A stretch of DNA of 63,429 nt, filler included, from Octopus bimaculoides (Eukaryota), in NCBI RefSeq assembly GCF_001194135.2. It is 4 parts of 4 records of this genome, joined end to end, with 100 filler letters (N's around TTAATTAATTAA, not from the genome) between each part and the next. Parts side by side here need not be neighbours in the genome. Positions count along the whole stretch, not along the records: positions 38,813 to 60,173 come from NC_068981.1; 3 more parts are not named here. One strand, given 5' to 3'. Shown piece by piece: positions 48,564 to 60,273 of this stretch; position 1 is the stretch's first letter, and the number at the start of each line of letters is the position of its first letter. Made by a program: the position numbers and the translations under genes. The notes below the pieces were generated by a model. That model made no database searches and had not been told where the DNA came from. It worked only from the letters and a program-made list of their open reading frames with translations.

Positions 48564-49425
48564 TAATTTACTCTTGTTAAGCTGAGTCACATGTTACTAT
48601 CGAACAAACAGGGCACAGGCATGGCTGCAATGGTTAAGAAGTTCTCATTGCTGTTTCATGGTTCTGGGTTCAGTTCCATTTTACAGCATCTTGAGCAAGT
48701 GTCTTCTACCATAACCTCTTTACTGTTGTATGCATTTGACGTAATCACAATAATACGAAGAGAGTCCAGCCATAAACCTTCACTGAACATATTATACAAT
48801 AAAATGTATTATCAATAAATCAGCTATTTATTAAATACACAAATCATTTATTCCAATCAGAGATAAATCAAAATAGTAAAATATTGTTTGGATAATTTAT
48901 ATAACATACTTAATATAATTAACATGATCATCCTATAATCAATTTTAATAAGTTTTTTTCTTTTATATAGCAAAGCAAGCCAGGAAGTGTTAATTTTCAG
49001 ACAAGGGAAAATTCAATTAACTGTGTTTGATTTTGGCTTTATTTTCTTGCAATATCTGATATCACAATTAACATAATTACCACGAAAAAATTATGAAGTT
49101 AATTAAATAAAAGAATAAATAATTTTGCAAGTGTATTTGTTTGGCAAGTGATTTGATTTGATATGGTGTATTGAAACTAAAACAATTGCTACATGGAATG
49201 CTCATATTAACCATTCAAAAACACAAAGTCTGTTCACTTCACTGAATGTGTATTATTAGTTGTCAAAATTATCCTTGCATGAACTCTGACCTGGTCACTG
49301 ATGTGATTTCACTGCATCACTATAATTATTTTATAATTCAAGTAATAATTCATTATAAAAAAGAGCATAGTTTGTAGGTGTTGAGTCTGATATATGTACT
49401 ATCTCCATCCTTAGTTACCTACTGT

Positions 49426-49825
49426 ACTCTTTTACTCTTTTACTTGTTTCATTAATTTCACTGTGGCCATGCTGGAGCACTGCCTTAAAGTGTTTTTTAG
49501 TAAAAGAAATCAACCCCAGGACCTATTCTTTGTAAGCCTAGAACTTATTCTATTGGTCTCTTTTGCTGAACTGCTAAGTTACAGGGACGTAAACATACCA
49601 ACATTGGTTGTCAAGCGATGGTGGGGTGACAAACATAGACACAAAGACACACACATAAATATATACATATATGATGGGCTTCTTTTAGTTTCTGTCTACC
49701 AAATCCATTCACAAGGCTTTGGTCAGCTCGAGGCTATAGTAGAAGACACTTGCCCAAGGTGTCATGTAGTGGGAATGAACCCAGAACTATGTGATTGGGA
49801 AGCAAGTTTCTTACCACACAGCCTG
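49426..49825 (-). mobile_element. SINE family B, near full length, CpG-depleted
   Basis: Colinear with 19454-19820 but with CCG>CTG and ACG>ACA changes. Confidence 0.85.
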
Positions 49826-51097
49826 TAGGTTACAAAAATTTTTTTTTATCTTATTAACGTTAGCTTTATGTTAAGTTAAATGGAATAAATTCTAAACTTG
49901 GAAGAAAGGTTGAAGCAAAAAAGTTTTGAAGTCTTTTATTTGTTTGTTATGATGCTTAATAGATTTTATAAATCATGTCCATTGAAATTTTGATGACGGT
50001 ATGTTTTTTTTCCTAACAGGATACCTCATAAGGATGTTCTGCTAAGTTCAAATATTTTACATAAAATGAATTTCTATACTCTGCATAAATATTTACATAG
50101 TTACATAATAATGTCTGTATAAATATAAATATGGTTTTACACAGAAGTGTAAAGTGTTTGCTTTTACTTGGTATGAATAAGAAGTAACAAGTGATGAGCT
50201 CTTAGTTATCACATTAAAAGGTAGCAGGCTTTCATTTGAAAACCAACATTGCTTTTGTTATCTGATGTAAAAGAAATATCTATATGCAGTTCCATCAAGC
50301 AACATATATTGGGATAAGTGAAAGTATTTGTATTTGTTAATTTTGATGCATGAAATGAGAGAAATAAAAGAAAAATGTGTTGATATATTCATTACTTAAC
50401 TGGGGATAGTGCTTAGATAAAAAGGTTCATAGTAGGGGTTATAATTTTGTAGGTATCAGTTGCTATTTTAGCTGCAAATATGTAATGAATAATAAAATAA
50501 TTTTCTGAAGAAACTAATCCTATTCTACTTGCAAAGAAAATTCAGAATTTCTTTGTATTCCTAGTCTGTAATATTTCTATCAAATATCAAATATACTTTC
50601 ATGCTTCTCTTTGCCCATACATTTGGAATTTGGTGTATGACATACCTTTCAAAAACAAAACCTTTTCAGATGATATCTTCTTTAGCATTTCTACAATCTT
50701 CTCGCCCACATATGTTTAAAATGAAACATTTCCTTGTAAACAAAGCTAAAGAATTATTTATTTTTATAATCATTCTATAGGGCTTCCACTTGAAGTAAAA
50801 TGGCAAGGAATCAGTTCCCATCAACTTGAGATGTTTCAGCTTTCAATAATATACATCAGGTCTTTTCTTTATTTTCTCATGTTCAGATAATAATTAGTTT
50901 ATTAAGTTTTAGGTAATTAACAAATATAGTAGGCTGTTATGTAGACATAGATATATATATATAAGTTGGTAAATGGATGTGTAAATAAACAGATAGATAT
51001 ATAGATAGGTACATAGGTAATACTGATAGACAAGCATACACACACATACATACACAAAAGAAAAGTGAAAAACATGACCATATACACATATGCACAC

Positions 51098-51135
<38 letters not shown>

Positions 51136-52057
51136 TGAACACAGAAACACATGAATATGTAGAATACATGAATACATAACATACACACACATACATACAT
51201 ATGTGTATACACATGCACACTGATGCATACTGATGCACACACATGCACACAAACAAAAGGAACGTAACTGTGATAATAGACGGAGTCAACGACTATCGAA
51301 GAGGTTGGAAGAAGCAATGAAAATTTATAAAAAATAAATTAGTAAATGAGTAGAAATCAAACCGGTGAGTGTGTTAATTAATAAGGCATTAAAACAGAAT
51401 GACTCTCCCCAGACACAATAAAATATAGGAATGGTTTTGGAAAATGTTAAATAGTTCTATAAGTATGGAGTTATATGTTTGTCATATCAAATCCATTTGT
51501 ATCCATATCATATTCTGGTTGTAATAAATTATTTTACACCTATTTTACATGGTAGAATGGATGGGCTGGATTCTAATTTTGGAACTATGCCCATCAGCCA
51601 ATTGTATCGAATATGAAGACTGACAGAAACTAATTATTTTATATAAGATCTCTTTCATATAGCAATTTTAATTATTTTCATTATTTCAAAAGTACAACTG
51701 CCTCAGGTCTATAGGCTAATTTCAGTTCTGAATTCAAAGAAATTCCCTTTATTTGCTCTGTGAATACTCTTGAAAAAAGTATGAACATCTCAAGAAAAGG
51801 GAAATGTCTAATTAAAATCTAAAAAAAAAATTGATGTTTCTAGAAAGGATCATATTTAAGACTTTCTCAATTAACCCTATGACACTAATAGTTTTATAAA
51901 CTTTGTTCTGATATCTAAAGACTGGTTAAAGGAATAGCAAAATAAAATGTATTTTGATGTGAAAGTTTAAGATTTAAATTGAGTTCAATGGGATGTTTAG
52001 CGTAGGAATAAGGTATTCATCAAAATTCTGTTTGCAGACTTCTTATATTCATTATAT

Positions 52058-52316
52058 GTGAAGGCACATGGCTCACTGGTAAGAGCATTTGGCTCACAGT
52101 TATGAGTTAGTGAGTTAAATTTCCGGACTGAACTGTGTGTTGTGTTCTTGAGCAAGACACTTTATTGTGTGTTGCTCCAGTTCACTCAGCTATAGAAATG
52201 TGTTGCGACACCACTGGTGTCAAGCTGTATTGGTCTTTACCTTTCCCTTGGTTAACATCAGTAGCATGGAGAGGCTGTTATGCATGGGTGACTGCTGGTT
52301 TTCCATAAACAACCCT
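52058..52316 (+). mobile_element. SINE family C variant
   Basis: GTGAAGGCACATGGCTCACTGGTAAGAGC head and TTGAGCAAGACAC body; homologous to 5477-5645. Confidence 0.75.
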
Positions 52317-52369
52317 TTTACCCTATAGTCATTATAGTTATAATACTTAGGTTCATGACTGATTACTTT

Positions 52370-52990
52370 TGCTAAGTTTTATATGTTGGTGACTTTTCTC
52401 TTTCACCAGAATCTGTCAAAGTGTTGCAGGAAAGTTCCAAAGCTGGAAACATGGACTAGAGCAGGAAAACTGTGAGAACACTTGTAAAATTAAATCAACA
52501 AATCAATCAGACTGCTTTCTAGTAATTGATAGTTTCTTTGTATCTAGATGATCTAATTAATGCTTAAGATGGTTGTAGCAGAAGTAGAGTAGCCAGAATA
52601 AGTAAGAGGTGGAAACTGTTAAAGGAGATATTGCTTTTGTTGGCAACAAAGAGATTTTTTTCTCAAGTGAAAGGCAGGCAGCATAAAACTCATGCAAGAC
52701 ATATGACTGCATGTTAATGAGACATGCATATTTAAAGGGGAAGATCACCAGATACTGGGAAAGGAAACAAGCATGATCTACTAGATGTTAACTTTCATGA
52801 GAGTCATGATACAAATGATCTGAGAGAGTGGATTATTGTTAAAGGCATCAACTAAGGTATGCGTGAGAGAAGATTGCACCAGAATAAATATGTGATGTGA
52901 ATAGGGTGAAGTAAAAGAATGACCTGTACTGTTAAGAGAGGGGAAAATGTAGAAGAGGAAGACTGAAGTAAATGTAGGAATAGGAGTGAA
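52370..52990 (+). pseudogene. Old RTE-clade RT remnant
   Basis: LYVGDFSLSPESVKVLQE / KFQSWKHGLE (compare LYADDL.L.AES...KFQ.WK.GLE) and SRVARISKRWKLLKEILLLLATKRFFSQVKGR (RTE thumb region). Confidence 0.65.
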
Positions 52991-53710
52991 AGATCAGCTC
53001 ATAGGATCTTAGGCTTCACAAAAGAGATGATGAAAATCGAAAGTGACTGACAAAAGGCTGTTTGAAAGAACTTTCCAACTCATACCAGCATAGGAAATGT
53101 ATGTTAAAATGTTGATAATGATGATGGTGATGATAATAAAACTATGTAAAATCTTAAAGAAACAATGCAGACATAAAGAGTATTTTTTGAATTGAGCATA
53201 AACTAGAAGCTTAAGATCACAAAATGCTAAGCATGTGATTGTATCTAAAAAACAAAATATCATGATGGACGGTATCCATTTGCTATGATTGTATGCAGCT
53301 TATATTCCAAGAAATGAAAGAGGGTTGAACTTAGGGTTAGCGATCTCTTCTCATCTATCATACTATAAAAACTGTCCAAAGAAATCAGAGAATGTGGTAG
53401 ACTAATGTTCTGTGTGGTGTGGAATGGTTCAAAAGAAAATATTGAGAGTAGAGGAATACTTTTTACCATCTTGATAAAGATTATGATTCCCACAAACATA
53501 ACCTCTGTCATTTTCCTATCTTAACTATTACAGCATATTGAGATGTTGAAGAAAAATAAGGCTGTCCTTGATATCAGCAAAACCATCTACAACTGGCATG
53601 AGAATCTTCTGAGAATCTTCTGACAACATTACTTGCTTTTCAGACTCCACCTATCTCTATAATTGGGAGCTACCTATCAAGTTGTGTTTTATTTTTGTGT
53701 TTATTGATAT

Positions 53711-53756
<46 letters not shown>

Positions 53757-54581
53757 TCTTACTCTATCAATTCTACATTCAGTGTTATCTTTCATACTCT
53801 TCCTTCTCTGCATTAAGAATTTACTAATTTTGACCTTTAAGTGCATTTATAACTTTATATAAATCACACCAGTCTACTAATATCTTTTACCTCCTACATA
53901 TAGATCTTATTTATGTACAGCTTGACTAAAGGTAGTGAATTGGCAGAGTCATTAGAGTGTTTGCTAGAATACCTTTCAGCATTTGTTTTGAACATCTGCA
54001 CTCTGAGTTCAAATTCCTCCATGATCAAAAGCGTTACATTTCATAAAAAAAGAGAAAGAAATAAATCCAGGGTAGTGGACTGGCAGAACTATGAGACCTG
54101 TTACCTTGTGGTATCTGCTCTGGTTCTTTCTGTTCTGGGTTTAAATCCAACCATAGTTTACTTGGGTGGTAGAGTTAATTTTGTCATTTGGTTAACACTA
54201 TCACTTGATTCATTGGGTAACTTTTACAGAGTTGACCCTGTTGTAAACATTTGGGCTAGGTTTCCAGTTTTAGGATATCTTATTCCTTCCATCCCTCCCA
54301 GTAGTCTTGGGGACCTTGTGAAGGGTCATGTTACTGCCTTTTTGCCTTAACTAACTAACAAAAAAAAAAGACCTACATCTCATCAGGAATATATGTATTG
54401 CATGTACAATAACTATAAAGTCATCAACTATAAATATACTATTTACTTGATAGTCAAGCTTTCACTAATTAATACCTTATAAATCTTTGGCTTGGGTAAA
54501 TGTGTTTTTGCTTGTTCTTTTTCCTTCTTGCCCCCACAGTAACAGTTGTTCTGAATTTACACACTGAAAAATACCTTACAG

Positions 54582-54836
54582 CAGTGGTTTTTAACTGGGA
54601 TCCATATAGCCCTTGAGGGCCCATAGATGATTTTGGTGTTAAAGTTTAATGCTCAATAATTTGGTTATACTTATACAATATGCAAAATATTTTAAGAATT
54701 TTTTTATGCAATTCCTAATAATATTTAATTATAATAAGACAATAGAATTTTTTAAACATTGAATTATTATGAGGGCCCAACTGAGTTAAATAGGAATCAA
54801 AGAGGTCCATAGGTGGAAAACTGTTGATAACCACTG
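54582..54836. mobile_element. hAT/Charlie-type MITE
   Basis: Termini CAGTGGTT...AACCACTG. The TSD is not clean. Confidence 0.55.
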
Positions 54837-56174
54837 AGTCCTTATGAATCATTTCCAATCCTATTTGTTCCTGATACTTCCTGCCTAGATTTGTATCTCT
54901 CTGGAATACCCATTTTGTTTAAGTTTCTAATCAACAATTGCAATATTTAAACTGAACGTTAAGCATATTAATCATCCTTATCAACAGTGTAGTAGAGTAT
55001 AATATACATGTGAGAGATTCTCTTCTCTTTAGATATTGATTAAAAGAAAAAATTGTTATCTTTCTAGGTTAGCTTCTTCTTCTTCTTCAAGCAGCTGCAA
55101 CTAAAATGCATTTTATCAGGAGTCTCTAACTCTCATTAACTTTGAGAGGTCTTCAGTTTTATGTGGTGCCTCTGCCTATAACACCAATGTAGTTGAGTGA
55201 TCTTCAGTCTTTATTAGAATGTAAAAGTTTCCAAAATTATATTTTGGAATACGGCCTCGTGTTCAGAATGATGGTAGTGACCCTACATTGAGTAACAATA
55301 GTAAAAATGATGGAGGCATGTGGCCTAGTGGTTAGGGTGTTGCATTCATGATCACAAGATTGTGATTTCTTTTCTTGGACTGGGCGATGCATTTTGTTTT
55401 TGAGCAAAAACACTTCATTTCACATTGGTCCAGTCCACTTAGCTTGCAATAAATCAGTTGAGCCCTGGGGTTGATATAATAGACTTACCCCTTCTAAAAT
55501 AGCTGGCTTTGTGCCAAAATTTGAAACTAATATTTCCCAGGGTAGAGAATATATATATGCCACAGAATCTGAAAAACCAGCCTCATGAAACTATAGTTTG
55601 GGAAAGATCATTGATCCTTTTTTTTTTATTGAGTAATGAGGATGGAATATGTTCATAAATCTCCTATTTGCTCTTGTGCTTATGCCATGAGACGTTTTAA
55701 ACCCTTATATGAAACCTGGTGCACATACTATCACATCTTGATATTCCTTCTTCATAATCCAGGCTTTGACACTATTGAGAAGAATGTTCTCTATACATGC
55801 CCTGAAGAAGACCAGCCTCATTGACTTTAAAATACTTGATTGTCAGATACTTTGACTCTTGTTATAGGCATTCTGACCTTGACCTTTGTATGTCGGGGAA
55901 ACCTTTCTTACTGTCGGTAACACAGGACCATAGATACTTGAATATGGGTTAACTTAAATAACAGCAAAAGTAAAAACTTACAGATACTTATTCTGTTGTT
56001 ATTCAGAAAATGATAAAGGATAATTTTACATAATATTTCTTCTCTTTTCTGATTTCTTTTTTTTTTACAATTATTTTACTTTGCAAAAGCACAAATGCAT
56101 TTAGTAGTGTGATAAGTTTGTGGTTTTTAAAAATACTAAGATAACATTCTACACCATATGTGATTTCATCCATC

Positions 56175-56680
56175 TGGAATCCCACAGGAATCTCTTCTTG
56201 GTCCCTTGTTGTTTGTTGTATATCCTAATGAAATAAATGCCAACTTAAAGCATGTTACTGTGTTAAAATACACAGATGACAGTAAGCTGTACCTTGAGAT
56301 AAAAAGAATGGATCCTATATGCTACAGATCTTTCCTACAATCTGACTTGAACAAAATGCAGCAATGGATTCAGGACTGGGAATTCAAGCTGATTGTAATC
56401 AAGTGCATCACTATACGTTTTGAGGGGAAAAATCTGGAACACCAACATTAAAAATCTCCTTGTGAAAGTAACTTAGGCATTATTGTCAACAATGATCTGC
56501 ATTGAACAAGCCACTTTTCTAAAACTATCAAATAGGCGAAAAGTGTCTTAGCATAATTCCATAATATTTTAAAATACTCTTATTTTTAAATGAGATATTG
56601 TCTTCTTTTCTGTTTATGCAAACTGTCAAATTTAGCCTGAACATCTTGTAGGCTCATATAAAATAAGTTTAGAAAAGAGT
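56175..56680 (+). pseudogene. CR1/L2-type RT remnant
   Basis: SGIPQESLLGPLLFVVYPNEI...LKYTDDSKLY...LQSDLNKMQQWIQDW...KC, then NLGIIVNNDL (GVPQGS.LGPLLF, YADD and DLGV motifs). Confidence 0.8.
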
Positions 56681-57071
56681 TTTACTCACTCAGAAGGCAA
56701 TGGTATGGCCAGCTCGTAACAAACTGGCCAATATTTGGATATTTGATTTAAATCACTCTTTTAAAATTAATATCTGATCCTTTCCTCATCTGTGCATGTG
56801 TGTGTATGTGTGTGTGTTTGTGTGCATGTATAGCTTCCATTTATGAGATTTCACTAACAAAGTGTTGCTCAACTCAAGACTATGGTAGAAGAAATTTGCT
56901 AAAGGTGTTGGACATCTATAATTAATATAATTATATCTGTCTTGATCATTCATTAATATTAAAAATAAAAGAAGTGACACTTAGATGCCATTCTGTCAAA
57001 TCAAGCAAAAGTTAAATATTCTGAAATTTTAAAATTCCCTGTAAATAGTTATTTAATAGTTATTTAAAAGC

Positions 57072-58009
57072 AAATTTCGGATCTTTTTAAAAACGGGGGC
57101 CACATTTTTCATTAATGTTTTACGTAGTGTTTTTGGTACCTAAAGACTTTCAAACTTCGTATACTTATCTATTTTGTGTTATAGAACAGAAAAATATTTT
57201 TGTATTCGAATTTATTTCATGTAAAAAATTGTCTTATTTCGATAATTTCAACCAATCACTGACGTCCACTCAGCCGATATACATTAAGTGCCGACTACAT
57301 AAACAAACGATTCTTCGTTTTATTTGCTTTTTTCATTTTAAATTTGCTTTAACCCTAACCCTAACCCTAACCCTAACCCTAACCCTAACCCTAACCCTAG
57401 GNNNNNNNNNNNNNNNNNNNNNNNNNNNNNNNNNNNNNNNNNNNNNNNNNNNNNNNNNNNNNNNNNNNNNNNNNNNNNNNNNNNNNNNNNNNNNNNNNNN
57501 NNNNNNNNNNNNNNNNNNNNNNNNNNNNNNNNNNNNNNNNNNNNNNNNNNNNNNNNNNNNNNNNNNNNNNNNNNNNNNNNNNNNNNNNNNNNNNNNNNNN
57601 NNNNNNNNNNNNNNNNNNNNNNNNNNNNNNNNNNNNNNNNNNNNNNNNNNNNNNNNNNNNNNNNNNNNNNNNNNNNNNNNNNNNNNNNNNNNNNCTAACC
57701 CTAACCCTAACCCTAACCCTAACCCTAGGATTAGGGTTAGAGTTAGGGTTAGGGTTAGGGTTAATTGTTTCAGAATCGTTTGTTTATGTAGTCGGCACTT
57801 AATGTATATCGGCTGAATGGACGTCAGTGATTGGTTGAAATTACAGAAATACGACAACTTTAACATGGAATAATTTATGGATTTCTTTTTTTTTTAAGAA
57901 GACTAAGAGAAAAAGATGTTTTATATGACACATTCTACCAGTGTTCCAAGTTTCAAAGTGTTTCGTTAATGAAAAATGTGGCCCCCGTTTTAAAAAAGAT
58001 CCCAAATTT
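57072..58009. mobile_element. Nested inverted-repeat (MITE-like) element with a telomeric-repeat core
   Basis: Outer 44-bp IR 57072-57115 / 57966-58009 (2 mismatches); inner 72-bp IR 57243-57314 / 57772-57843 (1 mismatch); core (CCCTAA)n-gap-(CCCTAA)n-(TTAGGG)n. Confidence 0.8.
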
Positions 58010-58484
58010 CTTCCAAAGAGGAAAAACAAACCAATTCATTTATGTGCTTTATATACTTCAGTGCATGAATATTATGAAAGAAAAAATATTAAATAGATAT
58101 TATTAACAAATATATTCCATATCATAAAATATTGTATAGCTTAGTGCCAATCTTGATCAAGCAAGCCTATGATCAAAAAGTTTTCCAGCTGTGACCTTCT
58201 TTTCTTATATTTAGACAGAGTTACCCAGCATATCCTTTCCATTTTTAATGATGGGTAGGAGTTGATCTTAGGAAGATTTGGTTGCTATTTATAGCAGACA
58301 AATCGTTAAGCAACCAACAAAAGACTCCTTTGGTGGCTTGCTTTAGTGTTGTTCTGAGAAGATACGATCAAATCAAATTTTATATACTGTTTACTTTACA
58401 CACGGTGTGGATATAAGATGAAGGTTGTTTCTAAGGGGATACTTTGTATGATACATTTCTGTTATCTTTTAATATCTGTTATCT

Positions 58485-58694
<210 letters not shown>

Positions 58695-58714
58695 GTATCT
58701 ATCTATCTATCCAT

Positions 58715-59313
58715 AGCTATGGCAAAAGAATGCGTGTGGTGGACGCGTTTGAAAGGTCTACAAACAAACACTTTCCTCTCTGGTCAGTCCCTCGTCAACT
58801 TTTTCAAGTACCACTTGAAAAGGAGGATGAGGATAGAGAGGAAAGTGTTGTCGAATGAAAGTTTCAATAAAGAATGGGTAAATGTGGCAAGAATGGTAAG
58901 AATGAAAGACGACACCATTNNNNNNNNNNNNNNNNNNNNNNNNNNNNNNNNNNNNNNNNNNNNNNNNNNNNNNNNNNNNNNNNNNNNNNNNNNNNNNNNN
59001 NNNNNNNNNNNNNNNNNNNNNNNNNNNNNNNNNNNNNNNNNNNNNNNNNNNNNNNNNNNNNNNNNNNNNNNNNNNNNNNNNNNNNNNNNNNNNNNNNNNN
59101 NNNNNNNNNNNNNNNNNNNNNNNNNNNNNNNNNNNNNNNNNNNNNNNNNNNNNNNNNNNNNNNNNNNNNNNNNNNNNNNNNNNNNNNNNNNNNNNNNNNN
59201 NNNNNNTTTTTCTTCCCGCGATCCCTTTTGATCCAAATTATCCCCCCCCCCAAGCTCTACTTTGTAATTTGTCCATTTTCTGTATTTAGCCCTGTGTGGC
59301 TATAATAAAAAGA
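58715..59313 (+). mobile_element. 5'-truncated Tx1/L1-clade LINE 3' end inside (TCTA)n, with an 11-bp TSD
   Basis: ORF AMAKECVWWTRLKGLQTNTFLSGQSLVNFFKYHLKRRMRIERKVLSNESFNKEWVNVARMVRM; 3' UTR ending AATAAAAAGA; TATCTATCCAT at 58704-58714 and 59314-59324. Confidence 0.65.
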
Positions 59314-60025
59314 TATCTATCCATCTATCTATCTATGTCTGTATATATGTGTGTATGTGGCTGTTTCTGTCTCCTTGTCTTGATACTTGTAAATAGCTAT
59401 CATTGTTATACAAACTGTATCATTCATCTCTAATCTTCCAATCTTCCATGAAAATGTACAACCATAGGAAAATATTACATTGCTTGGAAACAAGTGAGGG
59501 TTGGCAACAAGAAAAGCATCTGGCTGTAGAAAATCTACTTTAAAAGATTCCTTCTGCTCCATGAAAGCATGGAAAAGTTGACTTTAAAATGATGACAATA
59601 TATCAGGGTACTTTAGACAATTTTAGTTTAGTTTTTCAAATTGTCTAGTTCTACTTATTCTCATTTCAATTGTTCTGGTTGAAGGATTACAATTTAGAAT
59701 TTTAAGTTTTAAAATGCTTGTGAAATATCTAGCTATACCTGTAACCTACCACTAAGATCTCATTCTTTATACTTTCCAACAAACTGAGCTAAAACAAATT
59801 ATTTTACTCAGTAACAAACTGCAGCACTTCTGGACTAGATATGGGCTCATGGCCAATGATATACCATGTATCTTATCCACTCTGTTCTAAATTGGTGTTA
59901 ATAATCATAGAAACATTATAAAAATTCATTTTACATGCATACATGTATAATTAAAGATACATATTAAGCATAATATGATGTAATTCATATTTGTTAAATA
60001 TACAGATAATATACAAGAAAAATTG

Positions 60026-60064
<39 letters not shown>

Positions 60065-60173
60065 TGTAAATGCAAAAAATAACAACAAAAACACAAAGGA
60101 TTCTGCGGTACACGTGTTTCAAGCTTTATATCAGTGTATAATTGACACTGTCAATTATACACTGATATAAAGC

Positions 60174-60273
60174 NNNNNNNNNNNNNNNNNNNNNNNNNNN
60201 NNNNNNNNNNNNNNNNNTTAATTAATTAANNNNNNNNNNNNNNNNNNNNNNNNNNNNNNNNNNNNNNNNNNNN
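60174..60273. other. Artificial scaffold-join linker
   Basis: 44 N + TTAATTAATTAA + 44 N. Confidence 0.9.

Noticed and set aside
52400-52480. Apparent exon (strong acceptor TTTCTCTTTCACCAG, donor GTGAGA)
   Set aside because: The translation matches RTE RT motifs, so it is part of a LINE fossil.
57350-57762. Telomere-telomere fusion scar
   Set aside because: A fusion gives (TTAGGG)n then (CCCTAA)n. Here the order is reversed and the tract is enclosed by nested inverted repeats.
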